Program-made: the position numbers and the translations under genes | Source: Dimorphilus gyrociliatus | Lineage: Eukaryota > Animalia > Annelida | Length of the DNA stretch: 64,000 nt | Reading direction: 5' to 3' | Assembly (NCBI GenBank): GCA_904063045.1 | Contig: CAJFCJ010000017.1 | Location: forward strand, 868,001-932,000 | Shown: in pieces, positions 48,001 to 61,187 of the stretch | How the letters are laid out: each line of letters starts with the position of its first letter | How positions within the stretch are numbered: the first letter of the stretch is position 1 | Notes under the pieces: generated by a model | Seen by the model: only the letters and a program-made list of their open reading frames with translations | What the model was told of the DNA's origin: nothing | The model's database searches: none

Positions 48001-48921
48001 AATTTGGAGGCAGGTAAGAAAGCAGCGGAGGAAACTGCCAGGAAATTAGGACAGCATTTAGCTGAAAAGGACGCGAAAAAGAGTGCAGTGGAAACAGATC
48101 TAAAGATTGAAAGGGAATGGAGAGCAACATTACAAGGAAATTTAGAACAAGAAAAAGAAAAAGTTAGTAGTCTTATAGAGCAGGTGGAAAATTTAAACAA
48201 CGTTCAACAAGTAAGTAGATTATGGAGCCTTCATTCTTAATCGTCTTAGCGTATAAAATATAAAACTCTCTAATAAGGAATACGAAAAATTAAAAAAAGA
48301 ATATCAGATGCTAAAATTAACTTGCGAAGATCAAGAAAAAGCTCTGTCTGAGCTTGGCTCTCATTTGAGCGAGTAAGCTAACTTATTATTTTTGTATTGT
48401 TATTTGATGGACGTCATCTAATTCGTTCTGTGTCCAAAAGGTCAAAATTGCGCGTTGAAGACTTAAAAGAGGCTCAAGCGGTAATGAAAGATGCCGCATG
48501 GACGGACGATAAAGAAGCATCAGCCTGTAAAGCATGTAATAAGCAGTTTTCAGTTTCAAGGAGAAAGGTTTGTTAATTTAATTATGGTACGAATACTTTG
48601 TTAATACACTCATTTCTATTTTTCTTCAGCATCACTGCCGAAATTGTGGAGAAATTTATTGTAATGGTTAGTGTATTTACAATAATAACATTTACAATGT
48701 ACATGTGCAGTACATGTATATAAATTTATATATATATACTGCATGTACAAGTCGATACAAAACAATAGTAAATCAAGTATGCACATAACTATTCACAATA
48801 TACATGTAAATTTTTTTCAGAATGTTCAGACAATAGAATGCCTTTACCGTCTTTTGCCAAACCGGTAAGAGTATGTGACGCCTGCAATACTGTTTTATTG
48901 CAAAGATACTCTTCTTCTTAG
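45014..48921 (+). CDS. RUFY: RUN and FYVE domain-containing protein (RUFY1/2/3 co-orthologue), multi-exon with two candidate first exons
   Basis: RUN domain ([32 protein letters not shown]), coiled coil and FYVE domain ([31 protein letters not shown]). Candidate first exons are 45014-45305 and 45618-45741. Confidence 0.92.
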
Positions 48922-49313
48922 TGTTTTTATTAAGTTATATTTTGTTTGTTTTTAATTAATAATAAAAAAAATTAATTCAACGAACAGCCCTCAACTATAA
49001 AATCCTCTTACGATATGTATTCACTGATACACATATAAATTACATTACACCAACAATTCAAAAAGGCAAAAACAAACAAAAATGTTTCTTTGGTATTATT
49101 CGACAACGAATATACATAAATATATATAAATATATTTATATATATATTTTTATATACATATATATAAGGTATGATTATTTATAAATATGCATACTTATAA
49201 ATATTTAAACAACACAAATCATGTATAAAATATGGTGTTTAAAACATGTATACAACAATTGGCAAGCGGAGAGTGTCAATGTTTTGGAATGTTTATGTAC
49301 AATTTTCCTTATG

Positions 49314-52300
49314 CTAACTAATGCCACTCAAGTGACCGTTGGCTAAATTCGTACCGTCTTTCACTTTACTACCTAAAATGTTTACATTTGTTACGTCCCC
49401 ACTTCCGTTTATCCGGGACTGTGATGATGTTAAAGGTATTCTACTGTCATCTACTTCATCGTCTTCTTGGATAGGATCATAATCTGCTGGTTGTTTATTG
49501 GAAGAATCGGAGAGAGGTTCATTGATTGCACCATCTTCAGCTGGAGGTGTATAACTTCTTAACTTACTATAATAAGAAACTCTTTTGAACTTTTCATTCA
49601 AGTTAGGCTGTAAATGTTCAATGAGATCCGTAAAAGTTGGACGATCTCTAGGCTTGAATTGCCAACAATTGGTCATCATTGTATATAAATCAATAGGACA
49701 GTTTTCAGGCATCTGCATACAATTTCCTGCCTTTACGAATTGTAAAACATCGTCGTTACTTAGCCCCTGATAAGGTTGTTCGGCTAGCGTTGCCATTTCC
49801 CACAAAACAACCCCAAAACTAAACACATCCGATTGGGATGTAAACTTTCCGTCTTTTAAACTTTCTGGAGCCATCCACCTAACAGGTAAAATACCTTTGT
49901 TACCTTTACGATAATAGTCTGTTTCGTATATATCTCGAGTCATTCCAAAATCTCCCACTTTGACTGTTTTATCCTCGCTTACCATACAATTCCTTGCCGC
50001 CAGATCACGATGAACAAATTTATGACCGGCCAGATAGGCCATGCCATCCGCTATTTCCCCAGCCCATTGCATTATTTGACCAAGAGACGGAGGTTCAAGT
50101 TGACTATCTTCGTCTGGTCGATGCTTTCGAAGGTAAGATTTCAAGTCTCCATTAATCATGAGTTCCATAAGAACTAAAGGATTACTGCCAGTTTTCGACA
50201 TGACTCCCAGTAATCGAACAACATGTTCACAGTGCAAACCTTTCATTACAGAAGCCTCATTTAAAAATTCTATTTTATCTCGAGGTGTAGCACTGTCACT
50301 GAGGCTCTTAACAGCGCACGGTTCAATGACATCAGGTTGATCATCTTTAAGTCCTCTTACTGTACCCTTATATACTTTGCCAAAGGCACCTTCTCCTATA
50401 GGATCTCCAATCTTTATTTTTTCGTTCTCTACTTCCCATTCATCAGGAACATATATTTTGGCGTGTACATGAAAATAATCTGGATTAATAGATGCGTATA
50501 ATAAAGAATCTAACGGAGGCTTTCGATTCCTCTGATAACAGCAGTAACCGAAAACTGCTGCAAGAAATAGAAGAATAGCAACGACAGCGACTCCAATAAT
50601 AATACTTATAGTTTTATCGCTATTATTTTTGAAAGGTGGATAAAATGATACCCACTTCGACCAATTTCCTTTACCAAATAATAACTGTGCTTGTATTCTG
50701 ACACTGTGCTTGTTGCCATCGACGAAAACTGAACTGTTTATTCTTAAACCGTTTGTCCTTAGATAATCAGGAATAGGAACACAGTAGAAGAAAGCTGGCC
50801 TTCCTTCACTTTTTATTTCTAAATTGTAATTATAAATGTAGCCATTAGGCTTTTTTGGCGGTTTCCAGGTGATCATAATATCTCCAGTTCCCTCTTTAGG
50901 AATAGCTTTAATAGTTTCCTCATCAAGATTATCAGCATTTTCCTTCACACCCGTTATTTCACTAGCTGTGGCCTTTTTCGAACACATTCTTTTACCTGAT
51001 GTATGATGACAGGCTCTAACTTCAATTGTATATGATGTGTAATACTTTAAATTATGAATTTTAATTTGTGTATCATAAACAAGTGTTTCAGTAATATCTT
51101 CTTGAAATGAATCCTCTTCGTCGATTGTTTCAGTCGTTTCTGGCCTATTTGTAGTTATTGGTGACACTGTCTGAGAGTCTTTCGTTGAGGTCGTTCTGTT
51201 TGGCGAAGAAGTAAACAAATTTCTATTCAAATCGCTATCTTTCAAATTAATGTTATTCATGTTCGCATCATGTTTCTTATGATAAAAACTATCCATAATG
51301 GTCAATTCAAGAAGTTGAAGACTCCTTTTCAAACTCCTCTGCTTTTGTACAGAATTTTGCCTTTTCTTATCTAATTTTTTAGCCTCGCAACTTGAATCGT
51401 TCCTTTTTTCAAATGAGTCGTCTGGCTTCTTTCTGTTATTGTCTGGCTCTCGACCACAAAAGCTACGATTATCATATTTAGAATAATTATCTTGCTGTTC
51501 CAATATAACTAAAACATATTCCGTAACGTTACCATTCTCATACTCTGGCTTTTTCCATGTTACATGTATTGTATTGTTGGGTAATGCTTTTGCTTGTAAG
51601 TCTACAACTTTTGAGGGTTCAGAAGGTTTGGTGTGAAAATATTTTATATTACTGATAAAAGTCTTTCCTTGAGGATCAATTGACACTGATTGAATATAAG
51701 CTGCATATTCGGTATAAGCCTTTAAATTGCTCAAAACAGAATTGTCTTTCGGTTCAGGAGAGTACCAAGTAGTTTCAACCGACCAAGCGCTTTCGTCACA
51801 AGATGCTGCCAAGTAAGGTGTTAGTTTCTTGCTTTTATCTTTGACTTCTTGATAATATACGGAATGACCAAGTAGATTATCAGGAGCCGAATTTGTTTGC
51901 TTCTTCCATAAATTGAGTAAACTTGGTCCATAAATATTGGCCGTATGTGTTGTTGTATTTACATGTGAAATTTTATAATGAACCGTATCGCACAGAGCGT
52001 TTTTACCGTTGGAGAGCCATTCAGTTTTAGTTTGACTCGATGGAGATTTATTTCTGACTGATTTGAAAAATTTTTCAATTTTTGACGGACATAATAAACT
52101 GTTTTTAAATATTTTAATTGACCCATCGCCCACAGTTATATTATTCGGAAAGTCCAAATCAACTAAATTTGGATTTTCTGCTAAACGAATCCTGACAGCA
52201 TTTGCTGTAACATATGAGATTTTTTTCAAACTCTTAAAGATACTCATAGATGTTAAAGCCTGAGTTCTCATTATGTACAGTTGTTCGATACTTTCCAGTA

Positions 52301-53824
52301 TGGAAAAGGCTTCCTCCATTGTTGCTTTTATATTGTTGATATCATTACTATGGATGGCGACATCCAAAAGTTTAACCGAAGTGCATCCTTTCTTGGCAAA
52401 TTGCTTCAATTTATCATAGCTCTCTATAGTTTCTGTTTCGCAAGGTTTCTTGCAAATATGACCAGGACATTCAACACAAACTCTTGAATAGGGGCTTTTC
52501 CTTTGAAAACCAGTTGGGCAATCTAAAGTACACTTGTCCCCGTTTTTAACTGGCAGCTTCTTTGGGCCGGTTAAGTCTTTGAAGGGCATAGTAGAGTCGG
52601 TTGAGTCTTTACTGAATATTTCCTCGCATTCTGTCTCACTAATGCAAAACCGATTTCTATATATTAATTCACCAGTGCACTTCTCGACACATCTTCCATT
52701 ATTGTTGGCATTTTTACAATTGTAACAAGCCGACGCATTATCTTTCTCGTAACACCCACCAAAACATTGATCATGACAGCATTTACCGTCAGTTGTACAA
52801 AACTCACAACCACACAGCCCCTTCGGTTCTGCAACAAAAAAACAAGCTCTATGACAAACGCGCTTTTCTAATTATAAGCTCAGAGCTGATGACGTCACTG
52901 CTTTTGACATAGACTTGTTTACATCATAAAATCGGGTCAACTTTTATAAAGTAATTACGATACAACATCAACATACATCGTTATAGTAACAATCTATCTT
53001 GTTATACTAAAAAACAGTCGACCTAAGTTCAAGAACAAAGCAGCTTGTCTAACAGCTTGGAAGCCGGTTAGGTAGTGAACAATAAATACTTACCACTTTG
53101 GCAATAATCCTGATTCCAACAAGAAACGGTGCGATCGTCATTTCGCGGGCAATTTGGCATCCCACAAAAATTCGTACACGCTTCAGCCACTCTGTTTTCT
53201 GAGAAAAGTGTTTCCACGTCTTCTGATAGTATATACTTCCAATTAATATTATCAATATAACAAAGCATAGGATTTTCAACGATAGCTACTGATCCTCTTT
53301 TTATCGAAACCAAACTTTTCAATCCGAGATCCATTATGTCCGAATTTTCACAAATGATTAATGCCTGATCATTCATCAACGCTTCACCCTCGATCACAGC
53401 TAATTTTGGAAACAGTTTAACTAAAGATTTCAAACCCGAAATTCGATAAACTGATAAATATCCAGTTATGACTCTTAAATTAGGGAATCTCATTTTTTCC
53501 CAATGGGTCACATTTTCCATGGGTCCTAAAGCTAGATTTCCTAAAATAATAGTGCAATTTTGGAGAGGTACGGCCATATCACCTCGTTTCTCTATCATTA
53601 TCCTATTCTGTTCGCCTTTGCACACTATTAGCAAACAATTTATAAAACAAAAAGAATTTTAATTGTCTATAGTAAATTTTAAACTTACCTAATTCACTTC
53701 CTAAGGAGTAATAGTTTATAAGATACATATATCTATTCTGCGAAATTTTTCGATCACTGGCAATCACTACAAATGAATGATAGAGTAGGTAGAGGAAGAT
53801 CAATTTGTTGACAAGTTCGTTCAT
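49314..53824 (-). CDS. INSR: Insulin/IGF receptor; exons 53824-53689, 53624-53094 and about 52829-49314, with an apparent 1-nt frameshift at 52799-52803
   Basis: Signal peptide, L1, furin-like Cys-rich region, L2, FnIII repeats, RSLKR processing site, TM helix, NPDY, GEGAFGKVY, HRDLAARN and activation loop DIYETDYYRK. Confidence 0.95.
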
Positions 53825-54984
53825 TCTCTTTTTTTACATTTTCCTGACTAGATTTCTAGAAAAAATTGTACGCCGATCACTTACTCAGTCATTGTTTCGC
53901 ACAACAAATTGTTAATATACGATGAGGTCAGTGCCCAAGAGATTCTTTAAAATAAATCCCGCTATCCACTGATCGCTGAGAACTTGTATTCACTTTTCTG
54001 TCTAATCCAAAATATTTGTAGTGTGATAATCCATAAAAATGAATCAATTCAAAGGGTTTAATGGGTTTTATGCGTGATTTCGCACGAAACGTTCAGTCAT
54101 TTTCGTTCTACAGCGGAAAAGCAAGATGTAAACAAGCAACGACGCTGATTGGCTAGTTTTTTATTGTTCTTTTCGTATAAATTTTGTTTCGGTGCATAAT
54201 CGCTAGCGGCCCCTGCCGTCGCGTGTATCAGCGTAAAGTGTACTAATATAACAGAAAAGTACATTTAAAAAGTAATGAATATTTAATAATTGCTAAGCCC
54301 AAGATCTGTTTTCTCTTATGACCCAATTTCGGTCCATCATGGAACCGCATTCTTTTTTTTTACTTTTAAATTGAGGTATCAGTAATACTACACCATTCAA
54401 ACTTAAGTTGTCTTATTCTCTCATATCAGGATATTCTACACATTCACTAAATAAAGAACTATCAATGGCAAGTGTGTGGCGTAATTTCAACAGGCAGTAA
54501 ATTTATTCAATGTACTGAGTTGTTTTTTCTCTTTTAACTATCTAAATATGTCTTGTTGAGCTCCAATTTCTCAGAATACTCAAGTTAGTACACCTGCAGA
54601 GGACGCTAAATTTAACGCTGCAGATGTCGCTAATTAGTTTTTCTATTGTCAAAAACACTGTAGAATCCTCCCCCGCTTACATAAAATTACATACAATTCC
54701 GGAAAATTACGACTCTTAATCTATAAAATTGTAATTATTAATTACTTATGAGCTATTTAAACTTTGTTAGATAAGATCCAACGTGTTTTTTTCCCTGTTG
54801 TATCATTCGATACGCACGCAACACATAGGAGCATCAGCGAAAAAAAAAATAACTAAATGACGTCACAAAGTGACGCGACTCAAGAAAAGTTTGAACAAAT
54901 AGCTAAATGATGACAAGCGAGATTCCAGCAGTTTTCCCGATAGAAACTTAAATTAGTTAATTATATAAGGTCCAAGAATCCAGC

Positions 54985-57900
54985 TTGTATGCTGGAGACT
55001 TGGAAAGTTTGAGCAAAGCACTCACCATCTCAGATATTCGTTGGTTTAATAAAGAAACATCTAGTAGTAACTGGATTCCGTTTCTAGGGTCGGATTCCTT
55101 AAAAATTGAGGAAAACTCTCGTCTGCTTACTTATGCTAAATTATATTCTTCCTGTATTTCTGTGCTAGGAGGAATGTACGAAATCGACTTTGTTAGAGGA
55201 CAATTTTATAAGCTGTTTTGGAGAGGTACAGATCTTTAGTACAATAATAATTAATATAATTGTTAGATTGAGGCTATCTTCAGACACAGACGTAATTAAT
55301 ATTATTAGAAGTATGTAGTTTATTATAGACGGTCGGTTGCCAATTAAAGAGGAATTTGCTGTAAAAGTCAAGAGCCATCGGCCATACGTAAAAAAAATGT
55401 GCTAGGATTGGAAAAAATTCGTAATAATTGCCCACAAAATGATCTTTGTAATTAGTAAGTTCCATTTATTACTACAATTATGTATCAGAAAATTAATTAT
55501 CTTTACTCGCTGTCCGCCTGGGAAAATATACTATCAACAGAAATTTTAAATAGGAAGTTTTTTTTGTTTGTTAGAAAATTTCATAAAGCATTATCTAAGC
55601 CTAAATGCTAGATGGAATAGATTACGTAGGGAGTTATCAGTACGAAGACACCAATAAAGAAAATTTACCCAATACAACTCATTTAATATTAGTAGTAGTA
55701 CTAGGTCTAGGATTGGAATTTTGCAAAAAAAATAGTAATAACAACAACAATAGTAAAGAATTTACTCACAATATTAAATAGTACCGTAAGTAGTTTTCTA
55801 TTTTTCTTTGCCAGCAGCACTGAAGAATTTCTTTATTTTTTGACTTGACAGGTTTAGAGAAATTTGGATGAAAAATGTTAGCAGTCAGATAGATTCTAAC
55901 AAGAAAGGAGAATTCATAACCAATTCAATGACTTTTATACCTAAAATTAGGTGAAGGTAAGAACATAGCATTCTTTCATAAAACTAAAATAATTTCTACT
56001 TTGTCTTTTAGATGTAATTGAATCAATAAACACTGGATATTGTATGAAAAGGTTTCGAAACATTAATAATCGAGGTTTCATTGACATATTCTATTACAAT
56101 TCACCATTGTATAATATTGAAGCAAGTAAAAGCTATTCAATTAAGAAGTATATAAATGACTTATGAATTTGATGTTTGTTCTTCTAGATTATGAAATATC
56201 TAAGCAAAAGCTGAATAATTTATTCAATTTATTTCATCGAAAGGAATTCTTACTTTCGATCTAGAGGGAAATTTCCATTTTAGCCTAATCCCTTGGCAGG
56301 TAGATAAAAAATTAAATATAGACCTAAATAAGAGCTTTCAAGACAAAAAAGGCACGCATAGACGTATTTATTGACTTTACTTGACATACGTTTAAGGAAT
56401 GAATAAAACGTATAATTACACATTTTAGTTTAGTGTTCTTATCTACGATCTATTGACTGGTCAGAATTCCATGAAACTATATACAAAGTACGGAAGATTT
56501 ATTCTTTCTCATTCTTTATTTGGTTCGTCTTTCTTAAATATTTAAAGACACTGTCTATTCTATAACTAGAACAAAAGGCCACTGACCGCTCAGAAACAAA
56601 ACATTCACAATACACGAATATCTAACTTAGCACGGTACGTAAAAGTTTTTTACCCTTGTTCATGTAAGAAAAAAGTCAACAAACCGCAATAGAGGTAAAT
56701 AAGTGGTCTTCTTTCCACGAGACTAAAATATCCTCGAACAAAGCTGGAAATCTAACATCAAAGATAGAGATACCGAGATCAAAGTTCTCTTTAAATTTAA
56801 TAAAACTATACATTTTACATTGTGCACGTAAACCGATAAAAAAATTACGGGGTCAACCGGATAGAGAATGATTCTCTTCAAGATAATCCAAGAAGATTAT
56901 TAAAGCTTTAATAATGAAAGTTAAAAAGCTTAAGGGTGATTAATAAAAACAATTTTTTTCTCTTTACTCTATACTAATGACTTTAAGAGAGTCTTTGTTA
57001 ATTACATTTCAAATCTTTTCTACATTGTCTATTCTTTAGTTCTGTTTTTAATGTTTTGTGGAAAGATTCTGTAAAAGGTTCCAATATTGATCATATTTTT
57101 CCAGAGAATGCTTTTAAGAATATTTGCAATATATATCATCCTGCAGATGTTGTTGTAAGTCAAAAATAGAAAGATATATGCATACGGTATATATACATAC
57201 TAATATATATATATATATACTGTACATGTATTATATACACTTATTTATTTTTATACAATATATAAAAATAGCTTTTGGTTTTGTTGTTAAGCCTACAAAT
57301 TGAGCCTGTATTACTACAAAACTTCGAAGAGTGCACTGCGGTGAAGATATATACTGTATATATGTATATATAGTATATATTGAAGTATTGGAGAAAAGTT
57401 ACTCGTATAACAAAACACCATTATTAATGAATAACTCCAATAGAGAGAAAAATGTAATGAAGAATATAAAAGCTTCTAGGCCTAGATAGATCTATAAAGT
57501 CAAACGAAATATTACGTTCGTAGAAACATTTCTTAAATTTTGATCTTGAATAATTATTTCATTTTCTTTTACTTCCTTTTATTATTTATTTATTTATTTA
57601 ATTGATAAAATTATATTAAAAATATTGATATTTCTTCTCCTTATCTTAGATGATAAATCTAAAGAATCTAAAGATTTGAATGATGCAAGGTTAAATCGTG
57701 ACATATTCAATGGTACATCTTTTTCCAGAGAAACGATAAGGAACAAAAAAAAGCACCTATTTTAAAATATAATGATTGACTCTAGTTTATAGAAATAAAG
57801 AAAGATTATTTTTCTGTAGAAATAAAGATGATGATAATCAAAATGCTCACGAATATGGAAAATATTTAATTACTTAAGAAAAACAAATTAAGTATCTATT

Positions 57901-58140
57901 TATAGAATGGATTAATTATCAATTTATAACAAAATAAAATACAGGTAGAATAACACGTTATGATTTTCAATTAAGAAAGATGAATAAGAAGTAGTAGAAG
58001 TAGTCAACTATATGCGCTTATGCACGCATAAATTTTCATACAACGTACTGGACAAGTAATGATTTGGTAATGTGTTTGTTACTGCGTTTTCTTTTCCAGA
58101 ATATAAATTTCGTTACCAAACGGAAACATAAGATACAAAA
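54985..58140 (+). pseudogene. DDHD1: Decayed, intron-containing DDHD1 (PA-preferring phospholipase A1) pseudogene
   Basis: Collinear DDHD1-like peptides: IRWFNKE..WIPFLGSDSLKIE, VLGGMYEID, TTHLILVVVLGLG, DIFYYNSPLY, SILA*SLG, DHIFP..NIYHPADVV, EPVLL, RYDFQLR and HTTYWTSND. In-frame stops at 55316-55318 and 56286-56288, plus several frameshifts. Confidence 0.85.
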
Positions 58141-58894
58141 ATTTTTATCAGTAATAGTATTAAGTTATCTTCAAAAATCTCAATATTTGGAAACGTAGAT
58201 AATGATTAATTAACAGTCGCTATCTCCAAAACTATTTTAATCAAATCGCTAAATAGTTCTTGTCGTTTATATGTCGGTTATTGATATAAAAAAATGATAT
58301 GAAAGTCTTTCGTTATAGTCAAAGTATAAAGAATATATTTCTCTTCGTCGTTTAATCATCTTATCTCTTTCCCCTTGTTTTTTAATTAAAAAAAATTATA
58401 GTAATAAAAAGTAACAACGCTGATTAATTTATAATTAATAAACTTTCTCTTGTTTATATCTCTCTAAACATGGAAGAAAATGAATAATCAAAAAAAAGAT
58501 TACAAGAAAAACGTAATTAAAAGAAAAAAAATGTACAAACTTGCTAAAATCTAGTAACACTTCATCTCGGAAAAAATATTAAAATAACGTAATATACATT
58601 GATATGTACACATTTTATATATTTATACTTGCAGTTTAAAAATACAAGTATAAATATTACACGCATTCATAAAACAGATAAATACATACATATACATTTT
58701 ATATATATGTATATCTATATATATACATATATATTGTATATATATAGATTACAATACATAAGAGTATGTATTTACACTTTGTACTTGGCTTAGTAAAAAG
58801 AGTTGAGATCAATAAATTAAATAGATACAATTTCATTAATTTACAAAAAAGAGACTGATGAAAAATAAAACAAATTCTAGTCTTTAGCAACCAA

Positions 58895-60883
58895 TTAAAC
58901 TTGTTCAGTCTGTAAAAGCTTATGTATATTCTTCTTAACTCGTAACATAGACAATCTTGCAGCTGGAGTTTCTTGCCAACATTCTTGTATTAGTCTATTA
59001 ATAGGATTAATAGTGTCTTGTGGGATCGAATGATCACAGTTTAATTTTGGTCTCTGTTTTTTAATATACACAACGTCGTACATGTCTTCAATTGATGGAT
59101 CGGGCCTAACAAACTCGTAATAAGGAAGACAAGCCTCTGTTGCTTCATCTAAAAAATAGTATATAAGTGATGTGAGTATATTTTAAGAATAATTGATTTT
59201 TAATGATAAAAATATACTCACTGTTCCAAGAAACTCTTTTATATACTTCCCACATTACTAAGGCGAATGCGTAAACATCCGCTTGTTTAAAAGCGTCTAA
59301 TGCTGTTTGGTCGAGAGTTTCATTCAAGATTTCAGGAGCCATATAACGTCTTGTACCTTGTCTTGTACGATTTATAGGTATATCTAACTTTCTTGTTTCA
59401 CTATTTTATGGTGATAAAAAAAGATACATTGAATAAATGATTGTTTTGCAATAGGTATAGTTGATAATAAACAAATGAATAAAAAACAATGAAGCATTTT
59501 GTACCTGTCGTATTTTACGGCCAATCCAAGATCTGCAATACAGCACACTCCTGAATGTTTTACCAGTATGTTACGACTTTTGACGTCCCTATGAGCCATT
59601 GCTGGCTTTCCCCTTGTCCCTATTATATCTGAATGGAGATGATTTAATCCGTTTGCACTCGAATAGAGAATATTAAGTGCTTCATTTTTATCTAGTACAT
59701 TCTCCTTTAAGTAATCATAAAGAGAACCAAGAGGATGATAGTCCGTTATAAGCATTAATTGAGTCCACGATCCAGTTCCTTTGATATCCGATGCGATAAA
59801 GCCTAATATGTTCTCGTGTCTAATTAAGACAGTTTGATAAATATCCGTTTCCCTCTTCCAGCTGGCTTCTTCTGTCGAGAAAAAGATTTTTACTGCAATA
59901 TTTTCACCCCTCCAGCTCGCTTTCCACACTTCGCCAAAACGACCTTTCCCAACATTTTCTAAAAGACATAGCTCTTTGGCAATCGTTCTTTGAACAAGAA
60001 CAGGTAGTCCTGAACCAGAACCGGTAGAGGCATCTATCAGATGATGTATACCCTTACTACTATCGAGAGATTCATTTGGTTGATTTAAGAGCTTTTCTTT
60101 CTTTGGATTGTGCAGTCTTTGTCTGTTTATTTTGAAACAAAGTCATGAGCAACATATTTACAACAAACTCAAAAGTTGTCAATTAATATTGATTACTTAC
60201 CGTCGAAGACAAAAACATACTATAATAGTGAGAAATGTACCAACACATGCTACAGGTGTTATTACTATTAACAAGAACTCTTTATTCGACTCTGAAGATA
60301 GGTAAATATAAAGTTAATTTCATTCAGGATATTGGTAATACGTAAAAGAAAGGCTTCGAATTTACCTGCAGGTAGCACCGTTGATTTCGAACTATAATTT
60401 ACTCTTAAATCTCTATTGCATAGATCATAGTTGTTACAGCACCCGATCCCTTGGGCAATTAAAAATTGAGCATTGCTATTGATAGTACACTGCAATATAA
60501 ATGAGTTTTTTTTATTGAGTAGAGCTCTTGTTTTTTTTTTATAAATACAAACTTGTAGAAAGGAAGCATCTGATAAGTTGTGTCTACTGGTACTAGAAAC
60601 TTTTTTATGACCATCTAAACAGCCAAATTCCCATGCTCCCATTTCGGGATCTGGGTTATCGTCTTCCTGAATAGTATATGCAAAACACAATCCTCCAGAT
60701 TGCAATATACAAGTCTCATTTGGACAATCATGACAATAGCATTGCCTCAAACCGCCTACAAGACGCACAAAAAAGCAAATTACTACATATCAATTGTGAC
60801 AATCATATAAATTACATACCTGGGTTTGATGTTATAACTTGGCTAAAAAATAGGGGTAAAAGAGCAAAAATTACGCCATTCAT
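58895..60883 (-). CDS. BMPR1: BMP type I receptor (ALK3/ALK6/thickveins class), multi-exon
   Basis: Signal peptide, Cys-rich ectodomain (CCNNYDLCN), TM helix, GS box [19 protein letters not shown]45 loop [11 protein letters not shown] (ALK3/6 type), HRDVKSRN and GTRRYMAPE. Confidence 0.95.
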
Positions 60884-60897
60884 TTTTATTGACATAG

Positions 60898-61045
60898 GCG
60901 CCATTTTAAAGGTTCGCGTTAAATTAATTTTTATAGGCAAAAGATTCGCATATCAAATAGAATTTAAAAGGAACAAATCAGTTGTTTAACCTTTATTTTA
61001 AAAAAATACGAGAATAACTCTTCTTATTAATTGAGCGCATGCGCA
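60898..61045. promoter_or_regulatory. Bidirectional BMPR1/RAB40 promoter with NRF1-like and YY1-like motifs
   Basis: GCGCATGCGCA at 61035-61045 and GCGCCATTTT at 60898-60907, within a gap of about 305 nt between the divergent ATGs. Confidence 0.55.
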
Positions 61046-61187
61046 GCATTCGTGCTGACTTATTTGTTTACTCGCTCATATATTCTCATGATAACAGTTT
61101 ATCAAAGGGTTGTTTGCATTTTCTGATTATTGTAAATGCTGACTAGAAACACTGTGAACCTTGAATTTTAATTTTCTTCATTCGATC

